Positions 10,463 to 22,500 of a stretch of 64,000 nucleotides of DNA are shown here, one piece after another (the stretch's first letter is position 1; every line of letters begins with the position of its first letter). The notes beneath the pieces are model-generated. The model had not been told where the DNA came from, did not search any database, and was given only the letters and a program-made list of their open reading frames with translations. The stretch is from Trypanosoma brucei. Lineage: Eukaryota. The translations under genes and the position numbers were made by a program. The stretch is taken from positions 512,001 through 576,000 of the forward strand of contig AL929603.2 in the NCBI GenBank assembly GCA_000002445.1. Reading direction: 5' to 3'.

Positions 10463-12292
10463 CGTGATTTTGCCTCTACATTCATTAGTCAAAGAGAGGG
10501 ACAAAAGCTTATCATTACAGTCATTATTGTTATTGAGAGACACACCCAGTAAACAAATACATCAATATATCGAAGTTAATAAGTGCCTGGGACAAACCAG
10601 CTGCTGCAGCATCCAACAAAGGGGGAAACACACACCAATACACATATTTACATGGGTTCACCCTCCTAAGCTGCATATTAACATTAAACACCCTCACAGC
10701 TGTTTTCCCATTGATTATCTTACTCTTACATATATCTGCATACAATAAATCCACTTTCTTAAACACCATGCTAGATCCTCCACTTTCCCAAGTGGACTGT
10801 GCTCCAGCCTTTTTGATTTCCTCAACAAGCTTATCTATTCTCCTATCGAGCACCTGTACATTTATGTTAAAATTATCCAAATCCTCCATTGGCTTTATTA
10901 ACTTCGGCTGCTACCTTATTGCTTTATTCGCTAGCACATTGCGTACTTAATCCGGACACATGTGTTACCTTTATCCAATGAACACCACTTTGCCGTTAAG
11001 CTTTATTTAGCATATCATCCTTTCTTCATGCATGTGCTGACACAACACTCTTCGTTGCCCTCTCTGCGTGCATGCACAGCTCCTTGCCTTCCATTTTCTT
11101 AAATCACACACTCTTAAAGGTAACAGTTAAATTTTCAAAACGCTTTCATTAGACACTTGTTTTTATTGAAACGTTTCATAATACTGTGATATGATGGAAT
11201 ATTATGTTAGTTGCCAACACACAAAACAGTCCCAGAACAACAAGTGACCTTCCCCATCAGCATCCTCATTTATATTATTTGCGACATAAAAATAATCACC
11301 ATCCTCTCAGTTAACTCTTGCCATCCTCACACCATATGCAAAGAGCATTAACACACTCCACCACCCCAGAGGAAAAATAATGGAGGGGCAGCCTTATTTA
11401 TCATCACTCACGATTAAAATAACTCAAAACAGAAACACTCCAACGAAAGAAATTATAACCTACGACAAACATGTAAGCACACACATGCAAAGATATGTAT
11501 GTTTATCACTATTGTGGGGAGGAGGAGTTATTTATATGAATGCACTTCCTCATAGTAATACAACTAGTACTATTCACACTGCCAATAAGATTCGTGTCGA
11601 GTTGCAGTTAGGCAACATTTCTGTTTACTTCGCTAAAGCATGAAAGGGTGTAAAAAATATATCTGACATCAGCTGGAGGTAAACGGAAGACGATTATTCA
11701 GTAGCATCGAAAAACAATGATGAGAGAAGTGAAGATGTCATGCACTTCATTGACAGAAAGAAAACATTTACATTTCACTAAACAATTAAAGTCATTTACA
11801 GAGCCACTCATAAATAAATTATCCCGTGGAATGGGGCACCTGCTTATGCTTCCACTGACACAATCCCATAATGGACGATATTCGCCATATTGGGATACGG
11901 ACTTACCTATTTAATATCACCCCATACCGTGATAACTGTCTCCATAATAGCCGTGTAGTACGTATTTGCTTTCACAAGAGCATTATATCATATATTGCTT
12001 ACTTCCCTGACACATTCATTATCTTCAGCGAATAATACACCAGCCTTAGCTACAAGATATCCCATTACACTCCAATAAGATATATGTTATCCCTGTCAGT
12101 CACTTTCACTCTGACATCAAACATACAGGATGCTATTGTGTATACTTCCCCATTAACAAACAAGTCCTGCTCCTCACCCCTAACGTAAAGTTCTCTTCAG
12201 TTTATTCAAAAGTTAACTAACACAACATACAAACATAATTAGCTTATATTTTGGGAAATCATATACTGATCCGCTGATACATGCTGCAACAC

Positions 12293-12410
12293 AACATGTC
12301 ACAACAAATATCAACACGAAATATTCACTAATCACAACACTCGTTACCCACAATTCCATATTCTAAAACACATACACTACTTTAAACGGAAGCAGTGTGT
12401 GTCACAAATG
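12293..12410 (+). repeat. Dispersed direct repeat copy B (partner of 8148-8290)
   Basis: See copy A. It contains the shared core 'cactcgttacccacaattcc' and 'cagtg[gt]gtgtcacaaat'. Confidence 0.85.
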
Positions 12411-15400
12411 TATAATCTTAGTAGCAAAAAATGTTTTATGCAGTATAACACTGAATAACATAACCAACACTGCTACAAGGGATGTTAAACCCATTAGGAT
12501 ATGCTACTGCTTTTTCGTCCTTAAAACATTATTACCTATCATATATCCATCATCCACACTTCCCTTGCGTTTCCTTGCGCTCTCGCTGAAACGTTTACAG
12601 AGAATCAGGCTCTGGGATAACAATTCTTTCAATCTACTTTGATGCCCAGTAAAGGAAACAAAGATCAGCTCTACATCACCGTACTGTTTGGTAATACTCT
12701 CCTATCCGTTTCTAACCAAACTAGTTGCTGATAAGCTAGGGCACTATGTCACTGCACATTAGGGTGACAACACCATCCCTATGGTAGGTAACGAAACCTC
12801 CAGTAGTTCCCACTATGAAGGATCCAGCCCCTCCATTTGCAACATCTTCCGTACCCATGATCCAGCTTTCCATATTGTTATTGGCTGTGAATTCAACCAG
12901 TTAGTTGTATAATTATTTGTGTAACCAATATACCGTCATTTGGCATATCTTCAGTGAAGGACATACTACAGCTCATTGGAGACTCCACCGTGTCGTTCTA
13001 ATGGCCATTTACTCCACCACTCACAGATTCATTTCCCTCTTCTGAATAGACAGCTTTCTCCTTCACAAGACAACAACCATTTGCCTTAACATCTGTTTGT
13101 TCAAACACCATTACCAGATCCTTCAACACTTGTCCAATTGACAATGATGCATTCACAACATGATTAGACACTCTTACTTCGTTTAAATAACTTGCATCTA
13201 TTACCTGTCCAGGTTCATCTGTATTCTCCACTATCTTCCTCAACCCCTGCATTATTGTTTTCCCTTCCCTCCCCTTTATACCATTCTGACGTCACCACTC
13301 CTAAAATCCATTCAACATTCCCGTCGCCTCCGATTGTTATTTTCAAAAACACTAGCACTCACAACACTTAAGGAATAGCTGAGGTTACATAACCCCATGG
13401 TGATGCAGGCCACCCCAACTCACCGCCAGAGCCTGGTGCCGTACTCAGGTAAGAAAAGAAAAGCGACCGCAGCCTACTCCACTAGGATGAAGTTCAGACG
13501 GAAAGTCCAAGGCATCAATTCACAGTGGGGCACACACCAGATCCGTTACAGAACGGGAATTATTCCCAGAAACAACCTGTGTACGTGCAAGAAAAGAAAA
13601 GAGGCACATTTCGCTTCCTCTCTCTAGGGAGTTGTGGCCTCATTATAAATGTTTTTCGTAAACTCTTTTCATAACTTTAACTGGACTGTCGGGCACACTC
13701 TACGGAAGAGTGGTGTAGCGTTTTTATTTTAATATAACTTTTTTTTATGTTTTATGCATGCTTGCCATGAGAACAAATCTCAAATCGCAGGTAAGCGTAT
13801 TCACACCGAAGATAGGGATGTTCTCGCACCGTTGGCAGAGCTATTGTCACGACGTGCATCAGCCAATGTGGCGAAATGACCCTGAGGAGTGGCATGTCCT
13901 GCGCGGTGGGCATGGAAGAGCACGGTGTTACGAATGATAAATAATGAACCTTATTCTCCGCCGGAGAGCGTCCAGGGGAGAAGCGCTCTTTTGTTAGAAA
14001 ACGAGTCCCTGCCACTTGTGTATGCGACGCTCGTGGTATTCGCCAGTCATTGGAAAGGGGGAAAGTATCGTTTACACAATATTGCCGTAATGGTAGTCCC
14101 CCCCCCAAAAGTTTCAAGTCTTTGAATCGATCTTTCTTCTGTATCGATGCAGATGGTTACGTTGGCATAAGCGTCACGGTATTGTTCGCATCGTTGGGGA
14201 ATCGGGCTATGCGTTGGTGAGGGCGAGAGGACAACGGGAAGCAATGAACCGGAAACAGTTTGGATGTACAGACACGGTGCGGCGCCTCGTCCCTCTCCCC
14301 CTCTGATGTGTTGAGCGGCCGTTGCTCTTTTCGTGCAGCTGAGGGATTCGAGAGGCGGCGCCCCCCGGTCCAGTTCCCGACTCCCTTGTGGCGGGAAAAT
14401 TGCTGTCGCTTCTAATGGAAGTGCCCTTGATGTTGGAGGTGTTACAGCTGCCATTTCACGACCGGCGGGTATCCGTGCCGTGAGGCTGAAGGCGCATTCG
14501 GGGGGTTGTCCGGCGGTTGTTCGCCGCGGCGGTTCCGTCAGTGGCCACACTTCGCCTTTTACTTTAATACTTTAGTGGGGTTGTTGTGCTTTAATTATTT
14601 ATTTTATTTTCTTAAATGGTCCAATGTTGTCGGCTTGCGGAAGGGGTGGGCGTGTATTCTTTGTCGCCGGTCCTCTTCCTCCTTTTTTTCCTGCTGGGTA
14701 CGGGGCGCATTTGTTATGTGTTTTCGGTCTGGGGCGTTATCTATTTTTTTTTCGGTTCGAGCCGCGCAAATTTACATTCAAACCAGTAAAATACATGGGG
14801 TTGGGTCGGATCAATGTGGTAGAGAATTTTACACGAACGCGTCCGCTGTATGCATAGACGGGAAGAGGTGCATGGGGACATCCGTTTCTGTTGGATAAGT
14901 GGGTGCATCTGTGTATTTGTTTCTTTTGTTCCCCAACGGCGTCACCATTGAAATGTGTTTTTTCTTTGCTTTCAGAGGTGCAGTGGAGTATTTTGCCAAT
15001 ATTTGGTCGCGGCGCGTTTCTATCCGCTGTTAAGGCCAACTTCACGCGGTGTCTGTGTATTCGGTGAAGGTAAGCGCGGACATTGCCACCTGCTGGAATG
15101 AGGACCGTTTTATAGCATTAGTAGCGGCAACACTCTCCTGACATTGTGCTTCCTCACTACTTATTGGGATTTTTTTTTTTGGTGGCATACTTTCGGTGTA
15201 ATTGTTTTGAACGGTTGGGGTGCAATATCCGAAAGTGCTACCGATTGCGGCAGGCGCGGCTTATCTTTGAACATTTGTGTATAGTTGTTTTTTTTTTTTT
15301 CACGGTAGGTGTTAGCATTAAATGTCACTTTTGAGATATTTTTGATGTTTTTTTTTTTCTTAAATCCTAGCCGCTACTCGATTTCACAGCGGTCTACGTT

Positions 15401-18400
15401 ACAATTGGGTATTTTCGTTTAATTGCACCGAATCCGGACGGTATTAACTATAGAAACCACAGTGATGTTCTTCTATTCTCTATTTACGGCTGTCTCGTTG
15501 CAATTCCTGTTTGCTGTGTCGGTATGGCGATTAGTTCCCCCTTTTTTTTTGAATGTATGCAACATGTATATTTATAACCGTGTTGTTTGCAAGTTTTTTG
15601 TTAGGTAGGGCTGTTGGAAGAGTTAATGTTTACGGTATCCCTCTTCCAAAGCAATTGGCGAAGTTACTGACATGCCGAAGGATTAGCTCCCACTTTATTA
15701 TTTCGGCAACTTCCAGGGGGGAAGGGAGAAAACTAACCCTAGTCATATGAATCTCTTACGACAGCGGGTTGGCCGAACGGTCAATTTTCGCCGTCGGAGT
15801 CTTGAAGTATAATTTTCGTTCGATATGGATTAGATGTTGTAACTTCCTAATAATTTTGCGGTCATTTCTCGGTGTAGCAACAGATTTACGCGCCGCACCG
15901 GGATTACGTGCGTTTCCAAGGTCTTTAACATTTAAAGCATTGTCAACAACTGCTGTCGGATTTTTTTTTAAATGTGGAATTAGAAATTATTAAATAGCGT
16001 TTTGGTTACTCACAATAAGTAATTCTATGCCAACACGAAGTGACTTGGCTGGGCGCATTGCATATTTCGAATATGGAGTAATGAATATCTTTTTTATCGT
16101 TATGTTGGGATAAATACGAAAAATATTACGCTTGTTGTTTCTGTTCTACTTTGAAGTTATTGCATCATGTACGATGCAATAACGGAAGTTCTTCCAATAA
16201 TTTGGACAATGAAGCCCCGCACGCTTAATTTGTTTATATAAAGTGTGTTGTTGCTGATTCTTTTTGGAGTTTGTCTCTCTGTTCTTTTTTGTTTTTTTTT
16301 AAATATAAGTACCTGGGGGGAATGCGGAGCGAGAAAACGGATGTTGGAACTGTCGATTTAGCTTTCCTATTATTATTTCTGGCTAGGGACTCCAATGGTG
16401 GAATTAAGTTACTTCTAAATCATTTTTTTTCCAAAGGAAAGTAGTTACTCAGTATTGTAAAAGGTTTCGTCCGTTGTAGGTTTGTATTATCATGAAACAG
16501 GTAGTTGTAACGTATATACCATTCTTTTTTACTTTTATGCCATGCAAATTAATAATAGTAATAAGTGATGACCTGTAGCTTGATTTAAGCCGTGTTACTC
16601 GCAATTGTTTTTATTACTCTTTGAACTGTTGGCATGATCGTTACATTTTTTGAATTTTTGCGAAGAATGTACCCCTCGTGAGCTATTACTCTCTTGATAT
16701 GAATATTCAGTTGATTGAGTTGACTTCTTTCTTTGACTGTTTTTTTTTTTTAATCAGGGTTAATGCTCTTTCATTTTATTGATATCAGAACATGTGTATT
16801 ATATTGGTAAACTTTGTATCGATGCAAAAACTATCTTTTTTTTTTTTACCGTCAGAGGTTTGAATTTGCGTTTTACCCCATTTGAGGAGCATGCACAAGT
16901 TTTTGTTTTTTGTCTTTAGCTTTTGCTTGTGCAACTGTAAGCACTTGTTTATTATTATTATTATCTTATACTTAATTTCCTATGGTACAGTGACGTTATG
17001 ATCATTATATATATATATATATATACTTCTTATTGAATTGTAATGTAACGACCACATTTTCAGAGAGGCCGTGAAAAGAATACTCTAACCTTGCTTTCCT
17101 TTTTATATTAAATAAAACATGAAGTAGTTATTTCATAACTTTACTGACGCCCATAATAAGTTGTCTGTTTCTATTTCTTCTAAAGGGGGGAGGCACGTGG
17201 TCAGGTCGAAGGCGCATCCCCAATGTTATTTTCTTCATCTCCATGGGCAATGTCAATTAACGGTGCTTTCAATACCATTCCTTTTAATGATTTCCTTTAA
17301 TATATCAAATATTTTAAATGAGTCCTGCACCTTCGTTGTCGGATTTATACCGAACTGGGCACTGTGGTAAAGCTGGTTGAAAAAAAGATAGCGAAAACAA
17401 CAAAAACGGTCTTTGTTTTTTGCTGTTGATTTCACTCAGGACATGAAAACAATAAATTTGAGTATCTTAACTGTTAAATTGGTACATACATTGGTGAATC
17501 AAATGCGTTGTGGTGGTGATAACTGATTTAAAATATCGCACTCAATTTTTTTGATACGTTAGTTCTATCTGAGTGATTTGGATGTATTTCCTTTGACGAT
17601 ACGCTTGCTTTTCTAAAGAAACGTTATCACTAATGTTGTTGTTCCCTTCTTTATTGTATAGCTTGTTGCCAGTAGACACTTACTTTATTGGTTCTGCTTC
17701 ATGATATCTTCAAGCTAAAAATTTGTTGTAAACCTTGTTTCGTTGCATTCAATTTTGATCGGTTTCTTTCTCTTATCGGTTATGTTTTATTATAATTGTT
17801 TTGTCATCAGTATTTGTGTGAAGCAGGCACCAGTCTTCCTTCTCTGGAGAACTTTAAAGGCGGAGGAATTTTTTACCTCTCCCATAAAGTTGAACTTTAG
17901 CCTTTTCCATTATCTTTTTAAAAAATCTGACTAAATATCTTTGTGGGATAAGAAACTAGCAGTGCCTCATAGCATTGACATCCCGGTCACTCTTCTCTGC
18001 CCAGCACATGGTATTGTTAAAGAACACATGTATATGTTGCTGTTGTTTGTTTTTATATAAGCTTTTAAGTAACATCACAGATATTTTGGTTTATGAAGTT
18101 CACTCCTTTCGTCATCAATTGCTTGGAGTATGTGTGGTCTGCAACTGATTTTTTTTTGCCGTTTATTTGTTTTGTCCTTTCTTTTTTAAAAAGTGTCCCA
18201 CCAAAGGGCATGCCAATAATCTACCCTTCGTGGTCGCACGTCTTTCTTTTTTTTTTTTTGACATCCAATCTCATTTCCTCCATTACAGTGCCGTTGTAAG
18301 ATATGTTTTTTTTTTTAATTCTTTCGGACGGGGATTAATGACCAAAAGTACCAAAAAGGAGAGACGGAGGCGAGAAAAGAAAATGTGGCCGTTTTACCTA

Positions 18401-19582
18401 AATGTTAGTCTCTTCCCTTGTCTTCTCTTCCACAGCCTTTGAAGTTTTCAACCATCGTAGGTACTTTTTTATTCTTTTTTTTATTCGGTTAGAAATTTTT
18501 TTTATTGCTGTCAAGATCTTTTGTTTTAGTAATGTTTGTCCTCTTTTATTCTTGTGTAATTATGTAAACGCCCTTTTGTCTTGGGCTTGAGACTTTTTAT
18601 TCCATGACTGTTTATGGGAACTCGTGTGTTATACATTTGTTAGAGGCCCCTTTTCCGTGCTTTCTCTTTTTTGGGGGGAGGGGAGTTTGCGAAAGGGATT
18701 ACCAAGTTGCACCCCCAAAATTATTAATAATAATAATATACATTTGTTCTTAATGCGTATCAATAGCAAATAAATACCAGGGATTTGTCTTTTAGAAGCT
18801 CTCACCGCATCGCGCAGGAGACAAGTTCAGAAAAGTAGTAGCATTCTCTTATAGGCTTGTTCTTAACTTTGAAATATTTTATTTACTTTCCATTTGCTCT
18901 CTCTCTCTGTGAATGGGTTTGCTGCCTCACAAATTTTCAATACTCATTATGTATATCGTTTCTTTTCCCAACGCTTTCACACATTTGACATTGGGTAGGA
19001 TAAGTCAGTGACTTATCCGTTTTGTTTTCAATTAGACGTGGTGAAGTGAATTGAAGTGTGTCCCGTTGCTATGTAGGGGTGTTTGAAACACAGTGTAGGT
19101 GGGGAAGTAGTTGGTTAACTTTTCTCATGTGTGCACTTGTGTCGTGTGATAGGTAATTGCTTTCCTTTTTATTCATTTCCTAAAAAAACACTATGTGCCC
19201 TCCATACCCTGCGGAAAGATTAGTTGTGCTCTGATAAAGGGATGTGTTTTATATGTTCATGTGATGAGATTAAGTTATTCTGGCGCTGCGACGGATGGTA
19301 TGGCACTTTGTGATTTAAATGTACTTTCAGGAAGCTGTATTGTGCTATCGGTGGGTTTTGTGTGGTAATGCGCGCACTCGTTGTTTTAGCAGGCTTCGCT
19401 GCTGCTTTAGTTGTTGTGTGTTTGTTATCAGCGATTTATTTTTCCGATCCCTTATGCAGTGAATTGCATCGGTCCCTATATATACGTCCCCCCTTTTTTC
19501 ACACTGGTACACGGAGGATAGGGTTATTTGAGAATAAGCGAATCCAAGCATATCTCTTATCCTTAAGCATCAGGGGCAAGAT

Positions 19583-22500
19583 ATGTCGGAGTTCGAACTT
19601 ATGAGTGAACTGAGTGAAAGCGCAGCAAAGGGTGCGCTCAGCGAACAGGCAGAAGATGGTCATCGTACCTACTCTCCTGGGCCTGAAGAGGAAGAAAACC
19701 CTGATGCAGCAGGGCGTGAAGGCGCGGCAAAAGATGGATTGGATGCTCATGCTGAAGAGGCCTCCCCAGCGCCATCACCTGCAGGTGAATCGGATGAAAA
19801 GGCCAGCAAATCTGAGCATGAAAGTGAGGCAAAGGAAGGGTCGGATGGCCGTGCTGAAGAGGCCTCCCCAGCGCCATCACCTGCAGGTGAATCGGATGAA
19901 AAGGCCAGCAAATCTGAGCATGAAAGTGAAGTGAAGGAAGGGTCGGATGGCCGTGCTGAAGAGGCCTCCCCAGCGCCATCACCTGCAGGTGAATCGGATG
20001 AAAAGGCCAGCAAATCTGAGCATGAAAGTGAAGTGAAGGAAGGGTCGGATGGCCGTGCTGAGGAAGCTTCCCCAGCGCCATCACCTGCAGGTGAATCGGA
20101 TGAAAAGGCCAGCAAATCTGAGCATGAAAGTGAAGTGAAGGAAGGGTCGGATGGCCGTGCTGAAGAGGCCTCCCCAGCGCCATCACCTGCAGGTGAATCG
20201 GATGAAAAGGCCAGCAAATCTGAGCATGAAAGTGAAGTGAAGGAAGGGTCGGATGACCGTGCTGAGGAAGCTTCCCCAGCGCCATCACCTGCAGGTGAAT
20301 CGGATGAAAAGGCCAGCAAATCTGAGCATGAGAGTGAGGCAAAGGAAGGGTCGGATGGCCGTGCTGAGGAAGCTTCCCCAGCGCCATCACCTGCAGGTGA
20401 ATCGGATGAAAAGGCCAGCAAATCTGAGCGGGAAAGCGGGACCGCTGACGGGTCAAGCGGTCGTCCTGAAGAAGTTTCCCATGCGTTTTCACCTAATAGG
20501 GAATTGGAGGACAAGGCCAATAAATCGGGAGGCGAGAGTGTGACCAAGGGCTCGGATGGCCGCCCCGAAGATATTTCTCATCCGTTTTCACCTAATAGGG
20601 AATTGGAAGAAAAAGCCAATAAATCGGAAGGCGAGAGTGTAACCAAAGATGGATCGGATGGTCATGCTGAAGAAACGTCTCCAGTGCAGTCACCTGAAGG
20701 AGAGGTAGGCGAAAGGTCTGCCGGGGCAGGATCTGATCATGAGAAACAGAAAGGCGAATCATGTTTCGATGACCGTGACACTGGCAATGATCAAGCTGTT
20801 GACCGCAATGCTCACGATGCAGCGCCCCATTTGGACGACAAACACACCAATGGGGCCGCTGCAGATGCTACCGATGCACCACGCCACACTCAAGAGGTCA
20901 ACGACCTGTTCAAGCCTCGAATGACACCTTACAAACAGCCTGACCGTTGGGATCCCATTGAAACCTATCTGGGAGAGGATGTCAGTGATGAGTTGGAGAT
21001 CACCACGGCACGTAAGCCCGTTTTCACCGATGAGGAGAAAGCTGACGTGCCAACCTTTAAGAATGGCGAACCAGACTATGAGGGTGAGTACCTTTCATGT
21101 TTCGATGAGCCTAATCTGCTGTACCGTATTTACAATCGTGAGGAGAAGACGTGGGCCTTCTACAACGACACATACAGCTATGAGATGCATGTACGATTCA
21201 CCTTTGCTAAACTCTCAAAACTTCAGGCACTGGGGAACACGAAGATGTACACTCAAGAGACAGGTGAGCATATTGCGGAAGTCATTGTATATCCTCGGGA
21301 GACCGAGATGTTCGTCAAGGGAAATGCTAATGGCTTTACAAGCAAGCTTCGAGCAGTCCCTCTAACGGAGGAGTACTACGCCCGGCGGCAAGAATTGGCA
21401 AACAACAAGATTCAAGAAGAAATCGCTCGCGTCAAAAGTATCGTTGGCGATGTAACAGATTCGGAGCAGGTTCTCAAGGCCTGTGTTGAAAATGGCATCC
21501 CTTTTGTTGACCTTGAGTTTCCACCATGTCAAGACTCTTTGGCGACCGGTGCAAAAAAGCCGTTCAAACGCCTTCCATGGGTTCGTCCTTCGCAATGCCT
21601 CCCCGATTACATGGCTGATCAGGTGCGCCTCTTCCGAGGACCAATTCGACCTGGCCAGGTGGACCAAGGAGAACTGGGTGACAGTTGGGTCATGTGCTCT
21701 ATAGCGGTGCTGACGGAGCGACCAGACAAGGTCGTCAACATGTTTCGTCACCCAACTGACCCAGAATTGGGTAAGAAGGAGCGTTCTGTGGGCGGTTACC
21801 GCGTATCTCTCAACAAGAATGGGCAATGGCGCAGCGTGATTGTGGATGACTATCTTCCCATGTCTGGTGGCAGGCTAAAATATGCAAAAAGCAGATACGA
21901 CCTCGCGGAAATATGGCCATGCATTCTGGAGAAAGCCTTCGCCAAGCTGCATAATAGTTATGCCAATATCTGCTCCGGTGATCCTCTCCACGCCCTCCAA
22001 GATATGACTGGTTTCCCGACCTCCAGGTTTGACGACGCCTTTGCCAACGCTCCCTTGTCTGGGAAGGACGATCTGTTCCAGGACTGGGTGAGGTATGTGA
22101 AGGCACAGTACCAGATTATCTTAAGCACACCTGGAAAGAATCCAAGAGACAAAGCTTCCGGCGAATGCCACACAGCAAGGCGGTACACAAGCGTGGGTCT
22201 CCTTACAGGTCATGCGTATGTGGTTCTCGATGCAGCATTCTTCCCCGAGTATGAGTTACGTTTGGTAAAGCTGCGTAATGCCTGGGGTCGTGGGTCGGAG
22301 TGGAACGGCGACTGGTCTGACGGCGACGAAAAGTGGGAACGGTATCCAGATGTGGCGGTGAAGTGCGGTTACAGCAATGGTGAGAGCGATGGCACGTTCT
22401 GGATGGCGTGGGATGCATGCTTGCGCTACTTTAACGGCGGGGGCGTGTGCTTCACGAGGAACTCAATCAACGATTACCGTGTACCCTCCACGTTTGTAAA

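Noticed and set aside
10463-10543. N-terminal extension 'MSLNNNNDCNDKLLSLSLTNECRGKIT' of the VSG-related ORF
   Set aside because: The downstream Met begins a canonical signal peptide (MRRETVFAIALLAAVLSPSSQG). The extension is hydrophilic and would bury the signal.
19638-20547. 284-aa and 266-aa minus-strand ORFs and a 106-aa + strand out-of-frame ORF over the 102-bp repeat region
   Set aside because: Periodic artefacts of the in-frame tandem repeat. The sense-frame calpain-like ORF is the only one with domain homology.
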